DNA from: Octopus sinensis
Taxonomy: Eukaryota
Assembly (NCBI RefSeq): GCF_006345805.1
Contig: NC_042998.1
Coordinates: forward strand, 71,548,001-71,612,000
Reading direction: 5' to 3'
Length of the DNA: 64,000 nt
Position numbers and translations under genes: made by a program. Shown here in pieces: positions 27,146 to 39,582 of this stretch. The notes beneath the pieces are model-generated. The model searched no databases. It worked only from the letters and a program-made list of their open reading frames with translations, and was not told the origin of the DNA. The first letter of the stretch is position 1. The number at the start of each line of letters is the position of its first letter.

Positions 27146-30100
27146 ATGCTCAATATAGGCAGTATAAATGTTAAACGATATCAAGTCACAAAATCTGCAT
27201 ATCATAGCCATCAGCGAGACCAGACTCCACAACCAGCGTCCCTCCAGCACATGATCAGCGGACATTTCGACATTTATTTTCTCCGTGTCTGCCGAGAATA
27301 GGCGGAGGAAGCATTACGGTGCTTCTTCGGAAGAGTCTGGATCTCAACTTAAGGGCAATTTTCGTAGATCCGGAGGGTTGGCTGGTCCTCTTGGATGTCG
27401 ATGGCAGCAAGACTCATACCCCACTCCCCAAAACCCAAACAGTTTATGAACCGTCCTTAACAGGCCGGTCAGATGTCTTTCGATATCTAGAGGTTTTCCT
27501 GGGAATGTCCCGACCTTTACTGTTAGTGGAGGATTGGAATGCTACCCTGGACACGCATCTAGACTACGTGGCAAGAGACAGTAATAAGAGGGGATGCAAG
27601 TGCCTAAAAAACCTGCTTAGACGTTTCCAACTGTCTGGCAAGTACCGACTGGACCACCCGAATGTGCCAATGTGGGCAGGGAACAACCGTATCGGGTCGA
27701 CCAGATCGTGTTTATACAGAACATTCTGTAAGACAGTGGATAAGGATAGTGTAGGTTATCTACTTTTCCACATAGTCAGCTACACAGACCACAAATTTGT
27801 GACTTGTACACTAGAGTTAGATAAGACACATAGGCAGAGTTCTGGTTACTGGAAGCTCAACGCGTCGTTCACGGCACGCCAGGCTTAGGGAAACCGGATT
27901 AGCACATTATTTAAGAGATCATTGACGGGTGTCGTCATAAACAACAGGTGGTGATATGCCCTAAAGAAAGAAATTAAAGCAGAATCTGTTAGGTACAGTA
28001 AGGTACTAGCACAGTAAGGTACTAGCACAGTAAGGTACTAGCACAGTAAGGTACTAGCATAGAATAGAGAGAGATCTAGTTAAGAAATTAGAAGAGGCAC
28101 TTAGAATTGGTATCGCGTCCAACGTACTGGCGGCGAGGTTGGCTCTCGACCAACACTTCAACGCCAAACACGAAGGATTCGTTGTCAGAGCTAGGATGCA
28201 TGCTCTGAGGAACGAAGGTCTTGGAGCCGCCCGAGAGGCCCGAGCGTCGGAGGCGTGACTAGGTCACTTACAGATGAACAGGGTCGTAAAGTACTCGAGC
28301 CTGAAAGGATGTGTAAGGCCTTTCAACAACACTTTGTCCCACTGTTCGCGACAACTGGTGGGTCAGAATGCAGGATGGACTTTAGTGCCTACCTGAATGC
28401 CCTGACACGACTCTCAGCAAGAGAGGCGTAGTGTTGTGAAAAACCCATCACAGCCGCGGGCGTACGGGATGCTATGGCAGGCTGCGCGGGAGACAATTCA
28501 CCAGGCTTGGATGGTCTGCCCTTCAAACTTTATTGTCATATACCATACATGTTTGGAGGCGTCTTGGCAGCTGTCTACTGCAACTAACAGCAAAATGGGA
28601 GTATCCCCGTCTTCGTAATGTGAGGAGCGGTGGCACTGCTAAATAAAGATCCAAACAAGGGGAACGTCATAGATAATTTCAGGCCTATCACTCTGCTCAA
28701 TGCAGATTTGAAAATTTTGGCCAAGGTGATAGCCGAGAAGTTGGCGCTTGTCATCGCGGAGCTAGTCGTCAAGGCGCAAACGTGCGACGTGCCGGGTAGG
28801 AGTATCTATGACAACCTCCATTTCATGCGCTACATCATAGACAGTGTAGTTAAAGAAACTTGCATGGGTGGACCAAACAAAAGCTTTCGATAGGGTAGAC
28901 CATCGCTACTTGGAGGCCGTCCTTAGTGCGGCTGGTTTCGGTCCCATCTCTCCGCGGTTGGATCACTTTCTTATACAGTGGCATCCGCTCGGTAGTTCGT
29001 GTAAATGGTCATCTATCCAGACCATTTAACATCATGTGTTCGGTTCGGCAAGTATACCCCCTCTCGTCACTTCTGTATGTATTGACTCTTGAGCCACTAC
29101 TGCGGAAGCTGGCGACGCTGAGGGGCATCCCACGAGGGCTTGGACGCGGGAGGAGCGTGTCTGTATACGTGGTCACATCACCGTCATAGTGTCGAGCCAC
29201 AAGCACATTGACCTGGTCGGCGAGACGCTAAAACAATACAATGCGGTAATAGGAGCAAATATTATCCGGGAAAAGCCCGGCTCGGCACCTGGAGAAGCAA
29301 GCCCATGACGTCCAATAGCGTCTCCATAGTAGGATACTGGACCGACGGACCGGTTAAATTGCTCGGAGTCTGGCTCGGTCTGGGCCTCCAAATGAGGAAG
29401 AACTGCTCTGAAATAACGACTAAGGTGGTCACTCTCACCCAGCAATGGGTGGAGGTGGCGAACGCATACATCGCATCCGTCATCGAGTACCGTCTGACCG
29501 TCGTGCCTTGTCCCGACACTAACATCACCAAACTGGAACGCATACTCTTCCGCTTCTTGTGGAAAGGAAGCGTTCCGATAGATAGACGATCCATTTGCAG
29601 TCAACACCCGCTAAATGGAGGGCTGGGCAAACCGTGATTGATGATGCACAGACATGCGCTGAGACTGCGACATCTCCGGCACTTCATAGACGACGGTGAA
29701 CAGGTGTGGTTGCCTTTTCTGCCGCGCGATTTCCCGCAGCTCGTCTCCTTGGCCGAACTGCAATCGTGAATCAGAGAATGTCACGTTGCTCTCGAGCAAC
29801 TCTGCCGTCCGCGATCAAATTCGTACGACTTCATTACAGCAAAGGCGTTCTATAGCGGATAAGTGAAGGGAAGGTGCTACAACGTTTTCGGGCAGAATCA
29901 GGAAACTTTCGGGCCGAGACCTATGGACAATCACCAAAGATCCCTGGCCTGTCGGTGCTATCGAGAAGCATTACCAGTTGGAGATAAGATCTACCGGCAC
30001 GGTTCGAGACAAACCGGACCGACTTGCCAGAGATGCGGTCAGAACGACGAAACAGTTCTGCATGCACTCGTCAGTGTCCAACTATTTCGGACCTATGGGC

Positions 30101-30443
30101 TTATGCCGAACTGCTGCTGTCACGTGTGGGACGGGTCCGCCTGTCGACCGATTCTATCGTGAAAATTGCTCCACCACTCTCCCTCAACCGGGAAGGCAAG
30201 GCAGTCTTCACCGATCTGGTGGTCATGTTGAAAGAACGTGTGTGGTAGATTCGAGCGAAAGGATTAGAGACAAACACTTACCTCCCTGGCCAATCGCTCA
30301 TCAACTTTTTCAAGTACCGCTTGAAAAGGAAGATGAGAAGGGAGAGGCAGGTTTTGTCGCGTGAAAGTTCCAAAAAATGGTGGGTGAATGTAGCAAAGAT
30401 GGTGCGAGCGAGTGACGAAACCACTTTGAGCATGATCCTATAA
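27146..30443 (+). pseudogene. LINE ORF2 remnant: APE endonuclease, reverse transcriptase and C-terminal Cys-rich domain
   Basis: MLNIGSINV, EDWNA, YTDHKFV, GYWKLNAS (APE). PGLDGLP, NFRPITLLNADLKILAK, AFDRVDH, SVRQVYPLSSLLY (RT). CQRCGQNDETVLHALVQC. It ends SMIL* at 30443 and has many stops and frameshifts. Confidence 0.92.
27995..28058 (+). repeat. Four perfect tandem copies of 16-bp ACAGTAAGGTACTAGC inside LINE ORF2
   Basis: Direct reading; there are no spacers. Confidence 0.95.
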
Positions 30444-30447
30444 ATCG

Positions 30448-30507
<60 letters not shown>

Positions 30508-30777
30508 GCACTTTGCTCTCATGTGTTTATTCCCTCCCTGCCTGAAGTTACTGTGGTCTTTTCCGTAGTCTTTTCTACCTAATCTTCCCTTTTACATTTT
30601 AAAATGTGATACACGAACCCTTTTGATCGTCTTTTTTTTTCCTCCGATCCCTTTTGATCAAAATTCTACATTTTTTCTCATTTTTTCCCCTTTTTCTTTT
30701 TCATTTTTGAAAAGAAAAGCTCTACATTTGTATTTGTCCCCTCTGTGTTCAGCCCTGTTTGGCCAATAAAGAAGGTG

Positions 30778-31120
<343 letters not shown>

Positions 31121-31232
31121 TATCTACCTTTTCAGTTTCATAAATAATTGTTAAGAAATTTTCTCATACTTCACAGATTCCAACAAATATTTTTGTTGCG
31201 TCAAAAGATTTACAATATTTTGGCAATTTCAG

Positions 31233-31315
31233 CGTAGCATTCAAAGTAGAGGCCATCGTGTTGCACCACCTGAAGCCACCTTTCTGCTAGGTTTTTGATC
31301 CCATGCAGACACCAG
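31233..31315 (-). mobile_element. Mariner C-terminal fragment
   Basis: Minus strand reads HGIKNLAERWLQVVQHDGLYFEC. Confidence 0.7.
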
Positions 31316-31419
31316 GTCTTATTCTTCGAATTCCTTTCTTTCTGCTTCCATCTCCTCTTGCTTGATTAGAAATAATCCAAGGAAGATATTTTCCGGCACT
31401 TTTAACCTCCGTAATCTGT

Positions 31420-32010
31420 GGTAAAACATGGGTCAACCTACGGAACCTGTCGCCATATATGGACATTTATAAGACAAGGTGATGCCCTGTGTTGTGTCGA
31501 ACAATAAAGAGATAATTCACTATGAGCTCGTTTCGGACAGTCGAGCCAACGATGCCAACCAGTTCTCTGAACTGTTGGGGTGGTGTAAGCCATTGCACTG
31601 CAAAAATACTTAGCATTGGTTAATAAAAAACTAGCTCTTCTGTGGCAAGACAATACAAGATATACCGCCCAAGCAACCTAGAATAAACTCCAGGAACTTG
31701 AGGAATCACACAGATGCCATACATAATGTATAGTCGGGACCTATTTCCCTTGGAATTTTACTTGTTCCAATCCATGGTTCACCACCTGTGTTCTAGACGA
31801 TTCATCAACCAAGAAGAGATGGAATGTTCAATAATGGATTTCTTCACCTTGAAGGAAAAGAACCGGTATGATCGTCGGATTAAAAAAAATGGCAGAGAGG
31901 TGGTATCAGACGGTGCACATTCACAGTTTGGGCTACCTAAAGTCATTCACAGTTACCATATCATCTTCACGCATGTGTGTGTGTGTTTGACCTCTACTTT
32001 GAATGCTAGG
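31420..32010 (+). mobile_element. Mariner transposase C-half relic
   Basis: Reads KVMPCV..IIHYEL, LWQDNTR, MYSRDLFPLEFYLFQSMVHHL..RF, MAERWYQ..GLYFEC*. Confidence 0.75.
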
Positions 32011-33895
32011 CAACTTTTGTCGTAAACCGACGCATAAAGCACATAATATTTCAAAATATTGCACAACTTTTGACTCAACACTACATTTATGTAGTCTGTC
32101 TCAATGTATGTATCTGGAAGAAAAATCCGAGATATTTCTCTATGTTGACTTTCCCTTGAACAAAATGTTAATTTGTTTCTTTCTGAATATCTATCACACG
32201 TGTATTAACATGCCAAACTTAAAAGATAAAATATTTTACATCACGCTCTATTTTATGCAATTTAAATACATATTGTCGATAAAATCTAGTATAATTCTAT
32301 TTGTAAAAAAAACAATACAGTTCTTGGTAAAATATTTTCACGCTGATTCGAGGCTTTCTATTCGCCAGAATACTATATTATTTATATAAGTGTACATCGA
32401 TATGACACGAATTACAAATTTCGTGCTAGATGTTGCTGATATGATAAATCCGCATCATTCAATATTGTTTGCATTATATCAAACTTTCTACACATTGGTT
32501 TCCATGCCGACATACTAAGCATGCTGTGAACAGCTCAGTTAATTTACACATACAAACGCAAATCTCAGTGAGAGTACAGGGTGGAGAGCGGTAGAAGATA
32601 TATAAATATGTATGCTGATAATTTGGATGCAATAATTTCACAATATTGATAAAAATCGTTATTTAAAAATACTCATTTTGTACGAGATTTGACTTCTGTT
32701 TCTTGTATGTCGCGCCGCCTTGTTGAAACACGTTCAAGACTCGCTTAGATTTAACATGTTTCATGCAATTTTAAAAAAAATACTTGAACGATTCAGTGGA
32801 GAAGGAACAAGATATACTGATTAATTTGTTGTAAATCTGAGTATACTAAACTTGTTTCTAATGATTATTTGAAATGATTATTATCTATACTTACTAATCG
32901 ACTTTATAATATTGTTGCCTCTGCAGTTTATGTGCAAGTAAAACTATTATTGTAAAACTGAAGGTACACGTTTGATTATATGAAAACAATTTACGTCTGA
33001 AATGCAAACATTTATACCTCAACATACTACAGATTTTGAAACAGAAATTAAAATTACCACTTTATAATTTACTTGCTTTTTCTTTTGACTAGTATCAAAA
33101 TTGAAGGACTTTTGTGATTGACACGAAGAAAATGAATTCACAAAAGGATTTTAAATGCTTTTCAAACAAGCGGAAATATGCAATAAAATTACACAAGCAC
33201 GGTTTTCACAATATTTAAAAACCCTCTTAAAGAATTGCTTTCTCTTAAATTAATCATTTTTAACATCGAGTATCTACTGCAGGTATGTAATAGTTGCATT
33301 TTAATATGAAACCATTAAATCATATACATCATACAATATAGAACCCATAGAAAATACTTCCTGTTATCTTAAAATTGTTTCCTGCATGTGCTCTGAAGCG
33401 TTTTATATAATTTTTGAAAATATGATAAATATGAGGAAATTTGATTTTATCTGAAATTTTAAGCTATCACTTTTTCGGGAATATAAAACAATGTTGTAAA
33501 AAAAATGATAAAATTTTCAGATTACATGTACATTACAATTTCCGTATATATAGATATTTATGGTTTTGTTGTGAAAGATTTTTATTCTAAAGAACTCTAC
33601 AAGGACGTGACATATCATCTCATGTACAGACACTTATCGAAGCAAATTGTGCGTTACAACAGTTACCTTTTAATACGTTCCTGTTATTATCATGCTACTT
33701 TATTTAAAAATGGGATATAAAGTATATATATTCTAGCATTCCTTTTCATGTTCCCTATATATTAATACCAATGCATTTTGCATTTAGCGAGTAAATTATG
33801 AAGGCATCCGTTCAATTTCTACGTATAAATATAAGTAGTGCTAAAATTAGAAAGAAAATTGTTGATAGCAAAGTTTTGCAAACCACACCTAAATG

Positions 33896-33937
<42 letters not shown>

Positions 33938-34359
33938 TGTTTGTGTGTGTGTGTATGTGTTTGTGTGTGTGTGTCTATGTGTGTTGTATTAAAACACAGC
34001 ATCAATAGAGCTAATATAAGAGAAGTAAGAATGTAAAGCCCGAAACGTTTGTTACACCACAGAACAGCCACTATATAAAGCAGTCAAGAATTTGGCTAGC
34101 ATGGTGCATAAGTATCACTTTGATGACATCCATTTTTAATACACACACATACACCCCCCCTGAACATTTAACGTGGTACTATAGTCAGTGTTTCGACTGC
34201 TATTTCGGCATGTTGGTGTCTTTTAGACACCCTCATTTTTAATTATATATATATATATATATTCATTTTATGCATATCACAGAATTGAAATAAATTTAAA
34301 TATTACAATGATGCACCGTGGGTGAAACGAAACGAAAATGGAAAATTATTCTTTCTAAG

Positions 34360-34413
34360 CTATTGGAGTATAGAAGAATGAGGCGTGTATGTCTACTGGC
34401 GGAACATTTAATG
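34360..34413 (+). CDS. Candidate internal exon of an unidentified host gene
   Basis: Acceptor attattctttctaAG and donor ATG|GTTTGT. It is 54 nt, phase 0/0, reading LLEYRRMRRVCLLAEHLM. Confidence 0.33.
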
Positions 34414-34924
34414 GTTTGTTAGCTGTTTGACAAGGAAGACGTATCTGATATTTTGCTCCAATCAATATCACTTATTCAAAATATTACATGCTGACAACAA
34501 TGTTCAGTCTCTAAGTTCCAGTTAGTTTAACATTTCAAGAATTAAAGAACTATTTCATGAATAAGAGAAGCGTGCAAAAAATTGCTCGACTTCCTTAATC
34601 CCTACCTACATAATTGCATCGATTGGAATAGTACAAGAAACCTCTATTCACAATGGTACCTCCCGAAATTAACTCTTCCGTTATCGGTGAGATCGAAAGA
34701 AAAAGAAAAGGCTGCCATCCAGCGAGAGAACTACAGGAATTAATAAACAAAGTATTTAACTGAGAGCAAATTTTCGTAGTGCATTAGTTTGACGATGTGG
34801 TATAGCATGCCGTGCATTAGTTTGCAAATCGTCGAAGTACTGTACAATATGAGCATGAAATGTATAGTAGCAGATATTCAATTCAGATACTGTGTTTATC
34901 AAATTATATATATATATATATATA

Positions 34925-36035
34925 TATAATTTCAACAATTGAGGGCAAAATTAATTAATTATTAATCAATTTCACCAAGTGTTCAGTATGCAAAGGGACC
35001 ATTCAAGGCGAATTCAAATTATTACATTATATAAAAGGGCTTAGTAAAATAAATTACTTTGCCGCATACTGAACTCATTAGAAATAGCAGCTAAAAAACT
35101 TTTTTAAGGCTATTTCTAATACTTAAAGAAAATCTCTCTCATATATAGTGTTGCTTAATTCAACTCACAAAAGTTTGGGGGTAAGGACATCGAAAAATCA
35201 AATGCTAAGGTTATTCGAGAACGTACGTTTCAAGATTAGTCAAAACAACATTTCTATCTATCTATGTTGTTTTGACTAATCTTGAAACGTACGTTCTCGA
35301 TAACCTTAGCATTTGATTTTTCGATGTCCTTACCCCCAAACTTTTGTGAGTTGAATTAAGCAAACACTATATATGAGAGAGATTTTCTTTAAGTATTAGA
35401 AATAGCCTTAAAAAAGTTTTTTAGCTGCTATTTCTAATGAGTTCAGTATGCGGCAAAGTAATTTATTTTACTAAGCCCTTTTATATAATGTAATAATTTG
35501 AATTCGCCTTGAATGGTCCCTTTGCATACTGAACACTTGGTGAAATTGATTAATAATTAATTAATTTTGCCCTCAATTGTTGAAATTATAATTAATCTCC
35601 CTCTGATTAATGCTTCGGATTTTACCGAAATAAGCATAGTGTTTGATGATTTTAACCCACGCTGGTGGAAAGGGGAGAACAGAGATTCTTCGCTTGCTTA
35701 TTTTGAATTTGTTGGCACTGTTAGTTGGGAGCAGATCTTCGAAAGGGTATGTTCTTATTTTCAGTGTTTCCAAATCCAAACCAAGGAATTTCTGAGCCGA
35801 TGATAGAAATGTTGTTTTGACTAATCTTGAAACGTACGTTCTCGAATAACCTTAGCATTTGATTTTTCGATGTCCTTACCCCCAAACTTTTGTGAGTTGA
35901 ATTAAGCAAACACTATATATGAGAGAGATTTTCTTTAAGTATTAGAAATAGCCTTAAAAAAGTTTTTTAGCTGCTATTTCTAATGAGTTCAGTATGCGGC
36001 AAAGTAATTTATTTTACTAAGCCCTTTTATATAAT
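34925..36035 (+). mobile_element. Non-coding HHR-bearing element: inverted copy plus 1.4 tandem copies of a 545-nt unit (PLE pLTR or retrozyme-like)
   Basis: 34925-35251 is the reverse complement of 35264-35590. 35264-35489 is repeated directly at 35809-36035 (period 545). There is (TA)n at both ends. Confidence 0.9.
35794..35843 (+). ncRNA. Type I hammerhead-like motif of the 545-nt unit
   Basis: GAG-CCGATGA-TAGA...TCTT-GAAA-CGTACG-TT-CTC. Helix I is GAG/CTC, helix III is palindromic, and the triplet is GUU. The core has C in place of the conserved U4. Confidence 0.6.
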
Positions 36036-36055
36036 ATATATATATATATATATAT

Positions 36056-36292
36056 TCAGCAAATTTAGATTCAAATGAATATGGTACTTAAGTTAGATGC
36101 ACCAGAATTTTGTATGGTGTTATCCATATAAATCCATGGGGTGATTATAATCAAAATAAGCAACAAGAATATCTCGGTAATTTGGTACGATCGTTTCATG
36201 CTACATCATTTTATTAAACATCGTTTAATAAAATGATGTAGCGTGAAACGATCGTACCAAATTACCGAAGATATTCTTGTTGCTTATTTTGA

Positions 36293-36298
<6 letters not shown>
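36056..36298. mobile_element. Fold-back pLTR fragment with half a hammerhead
   Basis: Arms 36151-36219 and 36223-36292 with a 3-nt loop. The right arm carries GAAA-CGATCG-TA at 36245-36256. There is (TA)n on both sides. Confidence 0.8.
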
Positions 36299-36381
<83 letters not shown>

Positions 36382-36539
36382 GTGGTGTGTGTGTGTGTGT
36401 GTGTATACATGATGTGTGTGTGTGGTGGTGGTATATATGTATGTATGTATATTTCTGGTTAAGGCACTTTAGCCAGACATAAAGCAGGCTCATACTGAGA
36501 AAATGGAGCAAATCACATTAGAAACACCATTAAAAGATT

Positions 36540-38420
36540 AAAAGTTATACCGATTCCACCTAAAGATGTACTTCTAAGAGAAGTCATTAATAAATTAACA
36601 GACGTCACCTACTACTTACGACGGAAAGCCTTATTTTATGATACATAACAACCAAGCCGAAACGACGTTTCATCTCAACAGTAAAGACTTTAACGAAGGA
36701 GTTTTCAAGACTAGGAAAACACCCCAACCAAATAGCCACTTGGACGCATTTGAAAACGATCTATGGGATACTATTAAGAACAAGCAGTTCAAAAGGAATG
36801 ACACGTACCAAAAAGCCCTAAAGGACCGACTATAAAAACTGAAACTGCAAAAGGGAATTATTGTACACTCAACCCTAATAATAATAATAAAAATGACTAT
36901 AGAAAGAATAATGATAATTATAACCATTGCTTTACGCTCCACAATAATACTCAGAAATCTTTAGGAATGAAATTATAGTAGGACATAGCTTAACAAGCAG
37001 CCTAGCTACTATTATAGCCTCGATCAACAATAAAAAGCTAAATGCCTTCATTGAAACAAGGAAAAATAGCAACAAAAAACATAGCAACCAATCGACAGAT
37101 ATGATAAATATCATCCGTATTAACTCGCCCTCACATAACGCGGACAAACACCTTACAAAAGTCCCCATCAATACAACATAAGCACAGACAAGCTTAAGAA
37201 TCTATGTGGCTGCAGAGATAAATTGAGATATATTGAATTCTCCAATATTGGTAACCAATGCGATGTACTCGCAAATAATTACAAAAAATATTGTAACGGA
37301 GCAACTACAAACAAAATGATACTTAGATATAATTCTCACCGATATAGTTTCAGCAATAGAAGTAAAGCGAACTTTAGGGGACTTAGTAGTAACATTTGAG
37401 AACTAAAAGACAAACTTATTAACTATAGTTTAGAATGGTGCATCCTAGCCAAAACTTCTTCATATAACATTAACAATAATCGCTGTGAGCTCTATATACA
37501 CGAAAAGATTTTTACTTTAATGGCCAAATCACCTCTACATAAAAAAAGACACGAGAATAGCAATTTTTGTTTGCATAAAAGCATATTCGTATTCTCAATA
37601 AACTGCTAAATCCTATTTATCCTTTAAAAATCGCTAACCCCTATATTATACGTTATTTGCGAACCTACTTAACTTCTTAATACCTCCCCTTAACTTTCCC
37701 ACGTACTAATTACCACTACTCAACTTAACTCCGCATTATAAACTAATTACAGAACTTTTAAGTTATTTTACAAACTATGCTTGGGCACATTTTTCCTATA
37801 ATCATTTTACATGTTACAATATCCTTATAGAACTTATTGTTTTCTCATGCATTATTTACCCTTTTCTAGTGTTCCTTTACGTAACCCCTTACACGCACTT
37901 TATAGTACATATTTTAAATAATGACCTTAGCCTTATACTAGGTTTCCATTGGAAATACAGGAACTAACTTACAGGCTATAAATTAGTGTCACATAGGTCC
38001 AATTAACTACACCGGATATCCCCAATAGCGGCGTTCACCTAGCAATTAGCACCAGAGGTTAGAAACAAAGATACGTGGAATTATGAAACTAAATAATTAT
38101 ACGACCTTGGATTTAACCCTCTTCTCTTCTAGCCTCCAGCTGAAATATGGAATAATGGACCTCACTAAAATGTAAAAGTATTGAATTAACGAACATTTTA
38201 CTTCTCTTTTCCTTTTCTTTCCTTACATCTTCTTCCTACTTCCTTCTATTTATCTTTGCCATATAATCGTTGTGATGATGTTCATCTATTACAACGAGAT
38301 AAGTGTAAATTTACCGCTGCTTTATATAGTGAAGGATCTGTAAACATACTCTCATCGTTATTAAATGTCTTTAAAATACCAATGATCTACTTCTAACGTA
38401 TTATTGATCCATTACTTATC
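36540..38420 (+). mobile_element. Penelope-like element lacking the RT core (N-terminus joined to GIY-YIG)
   Basis: N-terminus: PIPPKD..LRRKALFY..FKTRKTPQPNSHLDAFENDLWDTIKN. From about 36950: EIFRNEIIVGHS..IIASINNKKL, CGCRDK, KKYCNGAT..RYNSHRYSF, *ELKDK..EWCILAK..RCEL..EK. A long UTR then ends at (TA)n. Confidence 0.75.
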
Positions 38421-38422
38421 GT

Positions 38423-38458
<36 letters not shown>

Positions 38459-38597
38459 TCAATAAATGGTGGGGTTGTGTTGACCGCACGTGGAGAAATG
38501 ATAAGTAAGGAAAATTTTTTTAAAAAAAATCCAGAATGCTCAAATGAAAGAAAATTTTAATAAAATGAGAAAATGATAAAATATATAAATATATATT

Positions 38598-38638
38598 TAT
38601 TCAACCGGTTTTCGTCATTGTATGACTTGTCAAGAATA
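38598..38638 (-). ncRNA. Degenerate minimal hammerhead motif
   Basis: Minus strand TATTC-TTGACAA-GTCAT-ACA-ATGAC-GAAA-ACCGG-TT-GAATA. All three helices are intact, but two core substitutions make it probably inactive. Confidence 0.6.
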
Positions 38639-39245
38639 TTTATGTTTTAAGAAGTTTTTTTAAAAATTAGAAAGGGGAAAAAAAGAAAATTGCATTGTTT
38701 TTTGTAAAAGAATAATGATAAAAATGTACAAAAATTAAAAAATAAGTTCTCCGATACATTGTGAGTTCGTTGTGTATCTTGAGTTTTATGGTTGTTTACC
38801 AAAAAATTACCTTGAGGTGTTAAGATCCAAAGGGATTAAGAGCATGTGTTGTGTTGTGTTGTTAAATTCAGCATGTTTGCAGGACAGGAAGTAGTAGTAA
38901 TTGTGGTCCTGGTTCTTCAGTTCCTGTGTTGTGAGTAAGGGGAGACAACTCTTTTGAGTTCTTCAATAAAACCCAAATTATAAAACTATCATTTAAGCTT
39001 CATTTGCATTATCTTTTTTATATAATTGCTTGTTAACTTAACTTTCAGATTTTAACACTTTATTTATATTATTTTCTAATAATATAAATCTGCATAGACA
39101 ATTGCATTTCAAATTGTCATATCATTTATAATAAAAATGATAGTAATAACAACAATAGTAAAAATGATATTTATATATATATATATATGTGGGTGTGTGT
39201 GTGTGTGTGTAAACATAAATATTATCTCTCTCTCTCTCTCTCTCA

Positions 39246-39287
<42 letters not shown>

Positions 39288-39290
<3 letters not shown>

Positions 39291-39500
39291 GTTAATCCAA
39301 CATGAAAACACAAAGAGAACACTCAACAATGCGAGGACGTGGAACAAATATAGTATTATTGGACGCTCAGGAAGGAAGGAACGAAGGAGGGTTTAATATT
39401 TCGAGCGGAGCTCTTCGTCAGAAACATAGGAAAAGGAAAGATCCAAAGAAGGGAAGACGGAGGAAAAAATTCGGCAGCGGTACACACGCGGTCACTTTTT
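39288..39500 (-). mobile_element. PLE pseudo-LTR fragment
   Basis: Contains the HHR at 39391-39425. Its 3' end (39291-39352) is related to the arms of the hairpin at 58255. It is bounded by (TA)n. Confidence 0.75.
39391..39425 (-). ncRNA. Minimal type I hammerhead ribozyme motif
   Basis: Minus strand GTTT-CTGACGA-A-GAGC-TCC-GCTC-GAAA-TA-TT-AAAC. The core is intact and helix III is reduced to the palindrome ATAT. Confidence 0.7.
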
Positions 39501-39509
39501 GAATATATA

Positions 39510-39582
<73 letters not shown>

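Larger units (their letters stand above)
25931..30777 (+). mobile_element. Tx1/L1-type non-LTR retrotransposon, 5'-truncated and pseudogenised
   Basis: Contains ORF1 and ORF2 remnants, a 3' UTR with (GA)n and AATAAA at 30765, and has (TCTA)n on both sides. Confidence 0.9.

Noticed and set aside
27995-28058. CRISPR-like short direct repeats
   Set aside because: No spacers, eukaryotic context, and located inside a LINE.
34030-34060. GCCCGAAACGTTTGTT, resembling a hammerhead 3' half
   Set aside because: No upstream CUGANGA core.
35567-35909. ORFs of 62-78 aa on both strands of the 545-nt unit
   Set aside because: No RT or GIY-YIG motifs are convincingly recognisable. A faint W..LK.KNIPF resemblance on minus needs two frameshifts and is opposite to the HHR strand.
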